46,597 nucleotides of DNA from Pseudomonadota bacterium (GTDB lineage Bacteria > Bdellovibrionota > FAC87 > UBA2466), in contig JAYSWN010000211.1 in the NCBI GenBank assembly GCA_043718025.1, positions 1 to 46,597 of the forward strand. The letters are read 5' to 3'. The translations under genes were made by a program, and so were the position numbers. Shown here piece by piece: positions 29,588-38,400 of this stretch. Position 1 is the stretch's first letter; each line of letters begins with the position of its first letter. The notes under the pieces were generated by a model. It was not told where the DNA came from. It did not search any database and worked only from the letters and a program-made list of their open reading frames with translations.

Positions 29588-30070
29588 TTAACGACAAAGC
29601 ACATCGGGATCGATCTGCGCGCCTTTACGAACGTAACCTACGAAAGTGGCGTACCCTGTGTCGGTATTGTAATTCCACATCGTCGGCGGATGCTGGGCGC
29701 GGGGATTGTAAGCGCCTATGTCTGAGTACGGATTAGCAAACGTGTAGGTATTACGGATTGAATCTTGTCGGCCGGCGTTGCCGTAGGTGTAGGGGTTGCA
29801 AGCGCTATAGCTATTGTTAGTTTCGATCACTAAACCTAGAAAGACATTATAGTCTTGGCCATCCCACCCAAACAGGGCCGGAAAGACGCCGCCGGGTAGA
29901 TCGTCGCCAAAATTATTTTGATCGTAGTATCCGCTATCCCCGTAATTGTAGTTTCCGGATTGGTTGTTACCGCTGCCGGTAAAGGATGTGGTGGGTGGAA
30001 CGGGAGTGGTTCCCGAGCTACAGCCCGTAAGAAAAAAAATGCCAGAAATGCACACCATCAGTATTCGCAT
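29588..30070 (-). CDS. Lipoprotein, hypothetical
   Basis: MRILMVCISGIFFLTGC lipobox; GGGAG SD before ATG 30070; C-terminal 'FLG...NPY.YG...SIRN...NPYS...YNPRAQHPP' pattern reminiscent of a widespread uncharacterised family (recollection, unverified). Confidence 0.75.
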   Translation of the reverse strand: MRILMVCISGIFFLTGCSSGTTPVPPTTSFTGSGNNQSGNYNYGDSGYYDQNNFGDDLPGGVFPALFGWDGQDYNVFLGLVIETNNSYSACNPYTYGNAGRQDSIRNTYTFANPYSDIGAYNPRAQHPPTMWNYNTDTGYATFVGYVRKGAQIDPDVLCR

Positions 30071-30100
30071 ACGATCAACTCCCGAATCGAGCATTTACTC

Positions 30101-30116
30101 AGCAAGGGTAGTGCCA
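30101..30116 (-). promoter_or_regulatory. Putative sigma54 -24/-12 promoter for the lipoprotein
   Basis: Minus strand TGGCACTACCCTTGCT, a perfect TGGCAC-N5-TTGC match. Confidence 0.8.
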
Positions 30117-30251
30117 AACATTAACCTTACGATCTTGGCGAGTCGTGAACTATGTTTTTACAAATTGGCTCAATCCGCAGGTGGCCACAGAAAGGCTACG
30201 GGAAAAAAGAGCCTCATTCTTTAGCTTTAAAAAAACTGAACGGGCTTTAGT

Positions 30252-31541
30252 CTAGTGTTTAACTTCTAGCTCTTTTTCGTACAGCTTTTTGCGGTTGGGG
30301 CCGAAAACCGTGGCGCGGAACTTTAGACTGCCGGCACTGGCCGCCGAATCGACGATGGCGTAATTTAAAACTCCCGCTACCCCAACCAGCTGTCTTTTAT
30401 TTGGAGTTTCTTTCCACGGGTCAAGGTAGGTCTTGGCGTGAATTGGACTTGTGGTGAGCTCGAAGGTTTCAAAGCCAACCTCGCTGGCCGGTATTTTCAT
30501 CAGCTCGGTGAGGTGCCGATCGCCCGAGATGAGGGCCACCGGGGCGATGGATTGGCCCAACGCCTTGGTAAAACGCTCGAACGACTTGGGGTGATTGCGT
30601 TCTAGCGATTCATATTTGTGATAACCCCCAAAAAATTGGTCGCCGCTTATTATCCAGGTGGGAGTTTTTTCCGTTTTTAGCGCTTCGAATAGCCATTTTT
30701 CGGCGGCCTCTCCCCAATGAGTTTCATCTTCGGCCGCGGGCTCAGACCGGTTGCTGCGGTTGTCCATGAAAAAAAAGCGGTGGCCAAAACCGTTAAAGAG
30801 GAGGGAAAGGCCCGGACCTTGCGTGAAGTTCGGAAATAACGGGTGTTGCGCAAAGAAAGCGTGAAAAGTTTTGGTCGAGGCCTCTTTATTTGCAAAAGTG
30901 CGATCGCCATCGCTCATGCCGTAGTCATTATCGTCCCACATGGCGATAACCGGAGTTAGCGTTTTGGCGCGAAATAAAGCTAGAGTTTTTCGGGTTTCAA
31001 CGTAGGTACTCCACAGTCGCGCTGGACTGGTGCCAATCCCTTTAGGAAGCCCCAGATTGGTATAGGCGTTGTCGCCAATTAAAAAGATCAGCTGGGGCTC
31101 TTTTTCTAACAGCCCTTCCCACATTGCCTCTTGTTCCTTAAACGAGCTGTCCATACAGGAGGCAACGGCAAATTTAACCCTTTTCTCGTTTACGGCCGGA
31201 AGTTTGAAATTTCTCTCGTCAAGCGTTTTGCCGGCCAGAGTTTTTACTACCAGTTTGTAAGTCTCGTGCGGGTTCAAGCTCATAAACCGGTAATGAATCA
31301 ATTTGACCTGAGAATCCGGAAAAAGTTTTTGCTCCACCGCAAAGGGAAGTTTACGAATTTTTTGTAAACTTGGTTCGGCATACACTTCGAGGTTTTCGCT
31401 GCCCTCGTACAACACAACAAACTGAGTCGCATTTCCTACCGAGGCGCCCATCATAATGGGTAGTGAGTCGGCTACGGATTGGGATGAAGTGGCCCAAAGA
31501 GCCCATGTCAGCCGTATGAGAGCAAAGTGAACGAGTCTCAT
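30252..31541 (-). CDS. phoD: PhoD-family alkaline phosphatase/phosphodiesterase
   Basis: FAVASC, FLIGDNAY, MWDDND, FFMDNRS, ISGDRH, ELTTSP motifs; N-terminal export signal. Confidence 0.88.
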   Translation of the reverse strand: MRLVHFALIRLTWALWATSSQSVADSLPIMMGASVGNATQFVVLYEGSENLEVYAEPSLQKIRKLPFAVEQKLFPDSQVKLIHYRFMSLNPHETYKLVVKTLAGKTLDERNFKLPAVNEKRVKFAVASCMDSSFKEQEAMWEGLLEKEPQLIFLIGDNAYTNLGLPKGIGTSPARLWSTYVETRKTLALFRAKTLTPVIAMWDDNDYGMSDGDRTFANKEASTKTFHAFFAQHPLFPNFTQGPGLSLLFNGFGHRFFFMDNRSNRSEPAAEDETHWGEAAEKWLFEALKTEKTPTWIISGDQFFGGYHKYESLERNHPKSFERFTKALGQSIAPVALISGDRHLTELMKIPASEVGFETFELTTSPIHAKTYLDPWKETPNKRQLVGVAGVLNYAIVDSAASAGSLKFRATVFGPNRKKLYEKELEVKH

Positions 31542-31840
31542 TTTGCCTTTTCAATCACTTTCGAAAGGTTAACGTAGCACAGACAGCCTTTTTCATCGGG
31601 AAACACGGCCCATCGTTTACGCCCCTCTTTTTTCAGAACGTACACTGATTTTCCACAGGCCCCCGCGTCATCAAGGGTGACTTCATATTTTTTATCGCCC
31701 AATACGGCTTTGGAATAGCTGCCGAAAGTCTGTCCCTTGAGCTTAGTGCAGGTGCCTTTACTTAACTCGCCCATGAAGGCGTCGGCCCACGCGGAAGTGG
31801 CAAATGCGAAACACATCGTTACAATAGAGAGGTTTTTCAT
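31538..31840 (-). CDS. Small secreted Cys-containing protein
   Basis: MKNLSIVTMCFAFATSAWA signal peptide from ATG 31840; 4 Cys in the mature part; ATGA overlap with phoD. Confidence 0.7.
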   Translation of the reverse strand: MKNLSIVTMCFAFATSAWADAFMGELSKGTCTKLKGQTFGSYSKAVLGDKKYEVTLDDAGACGKSVYVLKKEGRKRWAVFPDEKGCLCYVNLSKVIEKAK

Positions 31841-31849
31841 TGGGGCCCC

Positions 31850-32233
31850 ATGCCAGAGATTGCGCAAAAACGTCATAATACCATTCACCTTAAGTACTCG
31901 CATCCGGCGTTTCGTTTGCCGTTGCTACGTCACTACCAGGCAATTTGTGTAGGCCGCACAATTTGGTTTAAAGGGCCGGCGGCGGTAATTTCGCAACGTC
32001 TTTTGCGCCACGAGTTAACCCATCAGCTACAAATAGACCGTTACGGGAGAGTGTTTTTTTATTTGCTCTATTTACGCGATTATCTAAAAAACCTTGTGCG
32101 GCTGGGCAGCCACTCACGGGCCTACTTGCAGATTCCGTTTGAGGTCGAAGCCAGGCGGGGCGAAGACGATGAATTGATAATAAAGTTGATGGCGAAGCGG
32201 CTGCCGAAGCCGCACTCGTATGTTATACGCTAG
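31850..32233 (+). CDS. DUF4157-like HExxH protein
   Basis: AICVGRTIWF...LLRHELTHQLQ..RYG...FY..YL......AY..IPFEVEAR pattern. Confidence 0.75.
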   Translation: MPEIAQKRHNTIHLKYSHPAFRLPLLRHYQAICVGRTIWFKGPAAVISQRLLRHELTHQLQIDRYGRVFFYLLYLRDYLKNLVRLGSHSRAYLQIPFEVEARRGEDDELIIKLMAKRLPKPHSYVIR

Positions 32234-32235
32234 GC

Positions 32236-33141
32236 ATGGCGAGAGCGTTAGTGACGGGCGGTGGTGGCTTTATCGGGTCTAACCTTGCCCTAGAATTAGA
32301 ACGTGAAGGTTGGGAAGTGGTGGTGATGGACCGTGACCCCCTTGGCTTGGCCGAAAACCTACCGGGTTTTTCGGGGCAAAAGCAGCTGGTGGATGTGGCC
32401 CTTGAGCTACCTTGGAGCGGCCCTCTGGATGCAGTTTTTCATCAGGCGGCGATTACCGACCCCCGCTATCCAAACGAAAAAGAGCTGTGGAAGAATAATT
32501 TGGAGTCGTACGCTTTGGTTCGTGACCTGGTTAGGCGCACCGGCGCCAAATTTATATACGCCTCATCCGCCGGGGTTTACGGTCACAGTGAAGAGCCGAT
32601 GAAAGAGGGGCAGGCCGAAGACCCGATTACCGCCTACGGAAGTTCGAAGCTTGAAATAGATCGTCTAGTGGCCAGAGAGTTACCCGACCATTTTTGCGTG
32701 GGGCTTCGTTATTTCAATGTCTATGGCCCGCATGAATCGGGTAAGGGGCGGCCGGCATCCATGATTTGGCATCTGGCGAAACAGATTCGAAGCGGCGAAA
32801 CCCCAAAGCTTTTTAAGTACGGCGAACAAAAGCGCGATTTCGTATACGTAAAAGACATTGTTCGCGCGAACCTACTTGCTTTGAAAAGCTCATCCGGCGT
32901 TTTTAATGTGGGCACGGGCGTGGCCACGAGCTTCAATCAGCTGGTGGAGTTGCTAAACGAAATTTTGGGGCAGCGCCGTAACCCAGAATATTTTGACATG
33001 CCGTACGAACCGCACACCTATCAGCATTTTACTAAAGCGGATCTTACGCTCGCGGCGCAGAAGCTAAAGTATCAGCCGCAATGGGATCTAAAGACTGGCG
33101 TTCTCGATTATTTTTCGGGACTCAATTTTGTTCTGCGTTAG
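32236..33141 (+). CDS. hldD: NAD-dependent epimerase, ADP-L-glycero-D-manno-heptose 6-epimerase-like
   Basis: TGGGGFIG, YASSAGVYG, YGSSK, GLRYFNVYGPHESGKGRPASM, QKRDFVYVKD, YQHFTKAD. Confidence 0.72.
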   Translation: MARALVTGGGGFIGSNLALELEREGWEVVVMDRDPLGLAENLPGFSGQKQLVDVALELPWSGPLDAVFHQAAITDPRYPNEKELWKNNLESYALVRDLVRRTGAKFIYASSAGVYGHSEEPMKEGQAEDPITAYGSSKLEIDRLVARELPDHFCVGLRYFNVYGPHESGKGRPASMIWHLAKQIRSGETPKLFKYGEQKRDFVYVKDIVRANLLALKSSSGVFNVGTGVATSFNQLVELLNEILGQRRNPEYFDMPYEPHTYQHFTKADLTLAAQKLKYQPQWDLKTGVLDYFSGLNFVLR

Positions 33142-33185
33142 CCACCAGTTGGCCAATCCATTAATATCCGTTACTGTAGCGCATT

Positions 33186-33785
33186 ATGGGGCAGTCGTTG
33201 AAATCATCTAGAACCCTTATTTTGGCCAGCACCTCGCCTTACCGAAAAAAACTTTTGGAGCGATTGCAGATTCCGTTTACCACCGCGGCCTCGCATGTGG
33301 ACGAGAGCCTTGTAAAAAAACAGGGCGACAGTCCGCAGCGGCAGGCGGTGATTTTAGCCCGGCAAAAAGCCCAGGCGGTTTTGCAAAAATACCCCCGTGC
33401 GGTAGTGATTGGCAGTGACCAAGTTGCCCTGGTGGGCGACACCGTGCTCGATAAGCCGGGCACCGAAGAAAACGCCCGCACCCAGCTTTCCTTGTTGTCG
33501 GGAAAAACCCACCAGCTGCTTACTGCGGTTTGTGTTTTGTCGTCAGAAAAAATGCAGGAGTGGCTTGAGATCACTGAGCTCACCATGCGCGAGCTGTCGC
33601 CGCAAGAAATTGCGGATTACGTAAAGGCAGAGCCGGCACTCGACTGTGGGGGCAGTTATAAGATCGAAGGGTTGGGCATCAGCCTGTTCACCCAAATTAA
33701 GGGAAGTGATCCCACCGCGATCGAAGGTTTGCCGTTAATTTCGCTAAGTGCGGTGCTTAGGGATTTAAAAATTACATCTCGATGA
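33186..33785 (+). CDS. Maf-family nucleoside triphosphate pyrophosphatase (YceF-like)
   Basis: LILASTSPYR, GSDQV, KPG, LSGKTH, GSYKIEG, GLP; the aromatic/Q/E signature positions are YceF-like. Confidence 0.9.
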   Translation: MGQSLKSSRTLILASTSPYRKKLLERLQIPFTTAASHVDESLVKKQGDSPQRQAVILARQKAQAVLQKYPRAVVIGSDQVALVGDTVLDKPGTEENARTQLSLLSGKTHQLLTAVCVLSSEKMQEWLEITELTMRELSPQEIADYVKAEPALDCGGSYKIEGLGISLFTQIKGSDPTAIEGLPLISLSAVLRDLKITSR

Positions 33786-34089
33786 TATGACTAGTTGGCC
33801 CTTCGGGGTACCCTTCGTCGCCATCATCCATTTCAGAGTCGGGTCCACCGTAGTCTTGCAGGTGAGACTCTATCGCTTCCGTGCGGTGCTCTAATTCCTG
33901 CAACAGCGCATTGGTTCGCTGCACTTTGAAGTACAGACTAAAGCAGGCCAAGCTGATGGCTAAAAAGATCAAAAAGAAGATCGGGGCCGGAATCGGAACC
34001 GACCGCTTTAAAAATTCCGCGCGAATTCTCTTCCAGTTTATTTTCACAAAAGCGCGGGGTTTTCGCTCAACTGTTTTAGGCTCTGCCAC
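33772..34089 (-). CDS. Small single-pass membrane protein with acidic tail
   Basis: Basic N-terminus, one TM helix, short coiled segment, acidic C-terminus; FliA-type box directly upstream. Confidence 0.65.
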   Translation of the reverse strand: MAEPKTVERKPRAFVKINWKRIRAEFLKRSVPIPAPIFFLIFLAISLACFSLYFKVQRTNALLQELEHRTEAIESHLQDYGGPDSEMDDGDEGYPEGPTSHIIEM

Positions 34090-34095
34090 AATGCC

Positions 34096-34123
34096 TTATC
34101 GGTAAATTCAGCTTTGTACTCTA
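34096..34123 (-). promoter_or_regulatory. Putative sigma28/FliA promoter immediately before GTG 34089
   Basis: Minus strand TAGA-N16-ACCGATAA, then 6 nt to GTG. Confidence 0.5.
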
Positions 34124-35307
34124 GGACTTGAAATAAGTTGTGACGCTTTGCGTCTGCGTAGCTCCGATTCGATTAGCTGAAGCTCACGCGAGGACTGTCC
34201 CGCGATCGAAGTGTTTTCTTCGGCGCGCCGTGCCAAATAGGGGAACACCTCGCGCACCGGTCCATAAGGTACGTACTTGGCCACGTTGAAGCCTTGGTCC
34301 GCCAGGGGAAAGCTCAGGTGATCACCCATGCCATAGAGCTGAGCAAAGAATAGCCGGGGATCGGTACGATCTAATTCTAGGTCTGAAATCTTTTGGGCCA
34401 TCGCTTGGGTTGACGCCTGGTTGTGAGTTCCGGCGCACAGCGAGACGTTATCGAGTTGCGTGAATAGATAAGCCAACGCCTCATCGAATGCTTTATCGGT
34501 GTCTTGTTTAGTGGCAAATAGGGGTGAGGGCGTTCCCCGTCGCACGGCCCGCGCCCGCTCTTTTTCCATGTATGCGCCGCGCACCAGCTTTACCCCAAAA
34601 AAGTATTTACCTAACTTGGCGCGGCCAAGGGCCTTTTCTAAAAAGGCCCGTCGATCGGTGCGGTACATCTGTACGGTCGTAAAAATGATAGGTCGCCGTT
34701 TGTTGAACAGCGTCATCATCTCTTCCACCGTGCGATCGATGGTCTCTTGCATCCACGAATCTTCGGCGTCGATAAAAAGCCGAACGTTGTTTTCGTGGGC
34801 GCGGTTGCAGATTTTAAAAATACGTTCGCGGGATCGTTGCCATTCGCCCATTTCGGCAAAGGTCAGAAGTTCGCCGTCTTGAATTTTTTCTAATAACTCA
34901 CCGCGGGCGACGCCGGTGACTTTAAAGACACAAAAAGGAATGTGAGGTTCCATCGTAGCCAGGCCGATGGTTTTTAAAATCTCTTCGGTAGTGGCATCAA
35001 AGGTCTTTTCATCTTTTGCCCCCTCCACCGAGTAATCAAGGATAGAGCCAATGCCAAAGCTGCCCAGCTTGCGGATGGTGTCGCGGCACCCCTCGATAGT
35101 TTCGCCGCCGCAAAATTGCTTAAAGAAAGTGATTTTAAGCAAAGGGCCAACGGGCAAACGCAGTAGCAGGGCCATTCTGGCGACGAAGGTGCCGGCCGCC
35201 ACTACCCAGGGAAATCCGATCAGGCGGAATAGCCAATAAGCGCGAAGCAGGCTCGCCCGGTCGCGGGCTTTAAACGCAATTTCAGTGTTTTCGAAGGCAA
35301 TTGGCAC
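34108..35307 (-). CDS. Monofunctional proline dehydrogenase
   Basis: FCGGET, LDYSVEG, IDAED, GVKLVRGAY, GTHN, FAQLYGM, KYVPYGP, YLARRAEEN. Confidence 0.95.
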   Translation of the reverse strand: MPIAFENTEIAFKARDRASLLRAYWLFRLIGFPWVVAAGTFVARMALLLRLPVGPLLKITFFKQFCGGETIEGCRDTIRKLGSFGIGSILDYSVEGAKDEKTFDATTEEILKTIGLATMEPHIPFCVFKVTGVARGELLEKIQDGELLTFAEMGEWQRSRERIFKICNRAHENNVRLFIDAEDSWMQETIDRTVEEMMTLFNKRRPIIFTTVQMYRTDRRAFLEKALGRAKLGKYFFGVKLVRGAYMEKERARAVRRGTPSPLFATKQDTDKAFDEALAYLFTQLDNVSLCAGTHNQASTQAMAQKISDLELDRTDPRLFFAQLYGMGDHLSFPLADQGFNVAKYVPYGPVREVFPYLARRAEENTSIAGQSSRELQLIESELRRRKASQLISSPRVQS

Positions 35308-35443
35308 ACTTCAAAATCACCGACGGCAAAGGCTGCCGTCAAGCGTAGAGAAATGAGAAAACTGCTACGGCGATCTACCGGCGAAAACACCCACGGAAGG
35401 AACAAATTTTTTGTTCGCCAAAAGCATCCTGGCCAAGGTTGTG

Positions 35444-35473
35444 TGCGTCGGGGCTCGGCTTAGCCCCGACGCA
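35444..35473. terminator. Perfect 12-bp stem-loop downstream of the giant coiled-coil gene (terminator or REP-like)
   Basis: TGCGTCGGGGCT-CGGCTT-AGCCCCGACGCA, 16 nt past the stop at 35490; no U-tract. Confidence 0.5.
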
Positions 35474-35489
35474 ACGCTAGTGTCATTTA

Positions 35490-38400
35490 TCAGTTCGATT
35501 TCACTGGTGCTTGGTAGCTGGTCGAGAAGAGTTTGACCCCTTGGGCCGCTTCGACCGTTACCATCATTGAGTTTTTAGAGTAATCGGCGTGCTGACTTGC
35601 GGTTACCCAAAAATCCACCTTCACCTCCTGATTAGGCGCTGAGGAGGGAAGGGGGATGAACGGCTGATGAATGCTCAGCCGCGCATCGCTCATCTTGAGT
35701 ACCAGCCGGTAGCCTGCCGGAAGCGGGCGGCCGCTCACGTTCTTTAACCAGATGGGGTTAGAGAACAAGCCATTCACCTTGGCGTTTATGGGATTGGGAA
35801 GACGCGACACCGTGAAGAACTGAGACATCTCTTTCTTCACGCTGAAGGTTCCAATCACCTTGGCTTCTTCTAGCACCGTGACCTTAAGGTCTATGCCCGA
35901 CGCGCCGGTGAGAGTGCCCAGAGCCACTTTAAGGTAATTGCCTTCGGTTTCGGCGGCCAACGTTTTTAAGATTGGGTTCTGCTTATCGATCTTGAGCGTT
36001 TTGGCGATGTCTTCAACCTTAACGGTGTAGCGACCGGTGGCGGTCTCTTTGCCCCCGAAGTTGCGTAAGCGCACTCGCAGCTCCACTGCATCCCCGAGTT
36101 GAAACTGCTCTCCGCCATTGACCCGGATAACTTCCGTCGACAGGGCTTTTACCACCGAGCTTGCGGCGTAGAGTTCGGTCATCGCGGCGTAGCCTTGCCG
36201 GTACGCAAGTTCACGAGCCGCCTTGATGCTGCCCTCAAAGCCTTTGTTATCTCCCGCGGCGTAACCCTCTTGGTAAGCAGCTTTGGCGCCGGCCACTTTG
36301 CCGTCGGCTTCGCCTGCCTCGTAGCCCGATTTAAAGCCTTCGTCGTACTTAAGCGGCAGAGCCGCCGCTTCGGCGGCCGCTTTATTTTCGGCGTAAGCGG
36401 TGGCGTAGGCTTTGGGACGGGCCACGGCGTAGGCATTGTCGTAACCGTTTCTATACCCATCGGCATCGCCACGTACGGCTTCGGCATCGTAAACCACGCC
36501 AAAGTTTTTAGCGTAGGCCTCGTTGTAGCTCTTGTCGTAGGTGAGTTGGTAATTGACGGCGTAGACTGCCGGGTAACCGGTGTTGTACTCCGAAGTGTAA
36601 GCGTTGTCGTACGCGCTGCCGTACGCGCTGTCGAAGTCAGGGTGCTCGTAGGTTTTCAGATACTGGCGGTATCTAAAATCCACTTGCGGAATCGACTCAT
36701 CGGCATTCGGGTTGAATGAAGTGAAACTCACCAACGAGTTGGCTTGTAGCGAGCGGCCCAGTCCGGCCGTCATCACTCCCCCCAAGCGTTGGCGAGAGCT
36801 TAGGGCGCGCGGCTTTTCCTCTTCGGCCGCTTTTTTCTCTTCTGAACTATTGTCGATATCTACTTTATTTTTGGGCTCGCTGCTTAAGATGGCTTTTTCA
36901 GCCTCCGCCGTGCCCCGCGGATAGTCTTCGGCCATGGCCAGTTTTCGGGCTCGCTCGGTGCCCGCCACTTCGCCGTCGCTAAACCCGCGATCGTAGGTTT
37001 CCTTAGACTTTCCTTCGGCGTAGCCCTTAGCGTATCCTGCCGCTTTGCCCTCGCTGAGCCCCTTTTGCAAACCCTTTTCAAGACCCACTTCGTGGCCTTT
37101 GGCTTTGCCCTCGTCGGTTCCGGCCTTGGTGCCGTGATCGAAGCCGTCAATGCTGCCTTCAGCGGTGCCGCGTTTTTGGCCAACTAAGTAAGCCGCTTTG
37201 TAGTCGCGGGCTTTGCCGTCGGCTTCGCCCTTGGCGAGTCCCCGGCGATTGCCATCGGCGCTGCCACTAGCCAACGAATCGGCCAAAGCGCGTTCGGTGG
37301 CCTCTTTTGCTCCGGGAGATTTTCCTTCGATACCGGCCGCCAAGGCGTCGGCTCTGCCTTCGGCATCGGCCGCCTTTTTCTCTTTGTTGTACTGGGCGTA
37401 GACCGACTCGAACTTCTGGAAAGCCGCGAGCGATTTGCTCTCTTCGGCTTTGGCTACCTCGTCGGCCGCGTTGAAAACGCCTTGAGCCATCTCTTCGAGG
37501 TTTCGGGCGGTGAGGATGCGGGGGTCGAGCAGCGCAATCTGACCTTCGTTTTGCTGAATTTCGATCGTGAACATTGCAATTGCGCGCTGGTGGCTGGCGA
37601 CGGTGTTGTCGTTGGTGTTTACTTGATCCGCCAGGCGAATGTTTTCATCGTTCAAGGTGGTGACCCGGCGCTCGGCGGTAGTTTTAAATTGCACGAGCGT
37701 TGAGTTTTCGCTTACGGCCGTATTCACATTTCGCTGCGCCACGATCAAGGCGCTTTCGGCGGTAGCCAGCTCTATTCTCGTGGCGCTAATGGCGTCTTCG
37801 AGTTTAGTTTTGTGTTGGCCCTGTTTTGCCAGGCGGTCATCCACCTGAACCAGCGTGGTGCCGGCGGTTTCGCGCTCCGTGCGTTTTAGGGGAAGCGTTT
37901 CAGTTTCAATCTTAGTCTGGGCAACCTCAAGCTGGCGAAGCGTTCGGCGATTTTCGCGCAGGTCGTTAGTGGCCACGGTTATCTGCTCGCCCTTTTTCTC
38001 GAGGCGGCGATCTAGCTCGGCCAGGCGTGCATTCACGTCACGCAGGTCAGCTTGACGATCGGCTAGGCGCTTATCGACCTCGGCCTTTTTCTGAGCCACG
38101 GCTTCGCGTGAGGATGCCAGCTGTTCGCGATTTTTTGCCAACTGAGAAAGCTCTTGATCGTTGGCCGTTTTCTTTTGCTCGGCCTGAGTTTTGTCGGCGT
38201 TGTGTTCGTTTAACTTAGCTTGCACTTCGGCGATGCGCAGTGGCAGCTGAATTTTTTGGTCGCGCAGCGCCTGCAGCGCTTCGTTAGCCCCCTTAAGCTT
38301 GTCGTTGGTGTCCGCAATGTTCTTACGAATCTGAAGTAAACGAGTTTCCACCTCCTGAAGTTTAGCTTGCGTCTCCCCCAGGTTTCCGGTGGTCGTGGCT

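Noticed and set aside
32215..33188. Leaderless sigma70 promoters before hldD (TACGCT) and maf (TACTGT)
   Set aside because: Spacings (4 and 8 nt) are inconsistent and the -35 elements are unconvincing.
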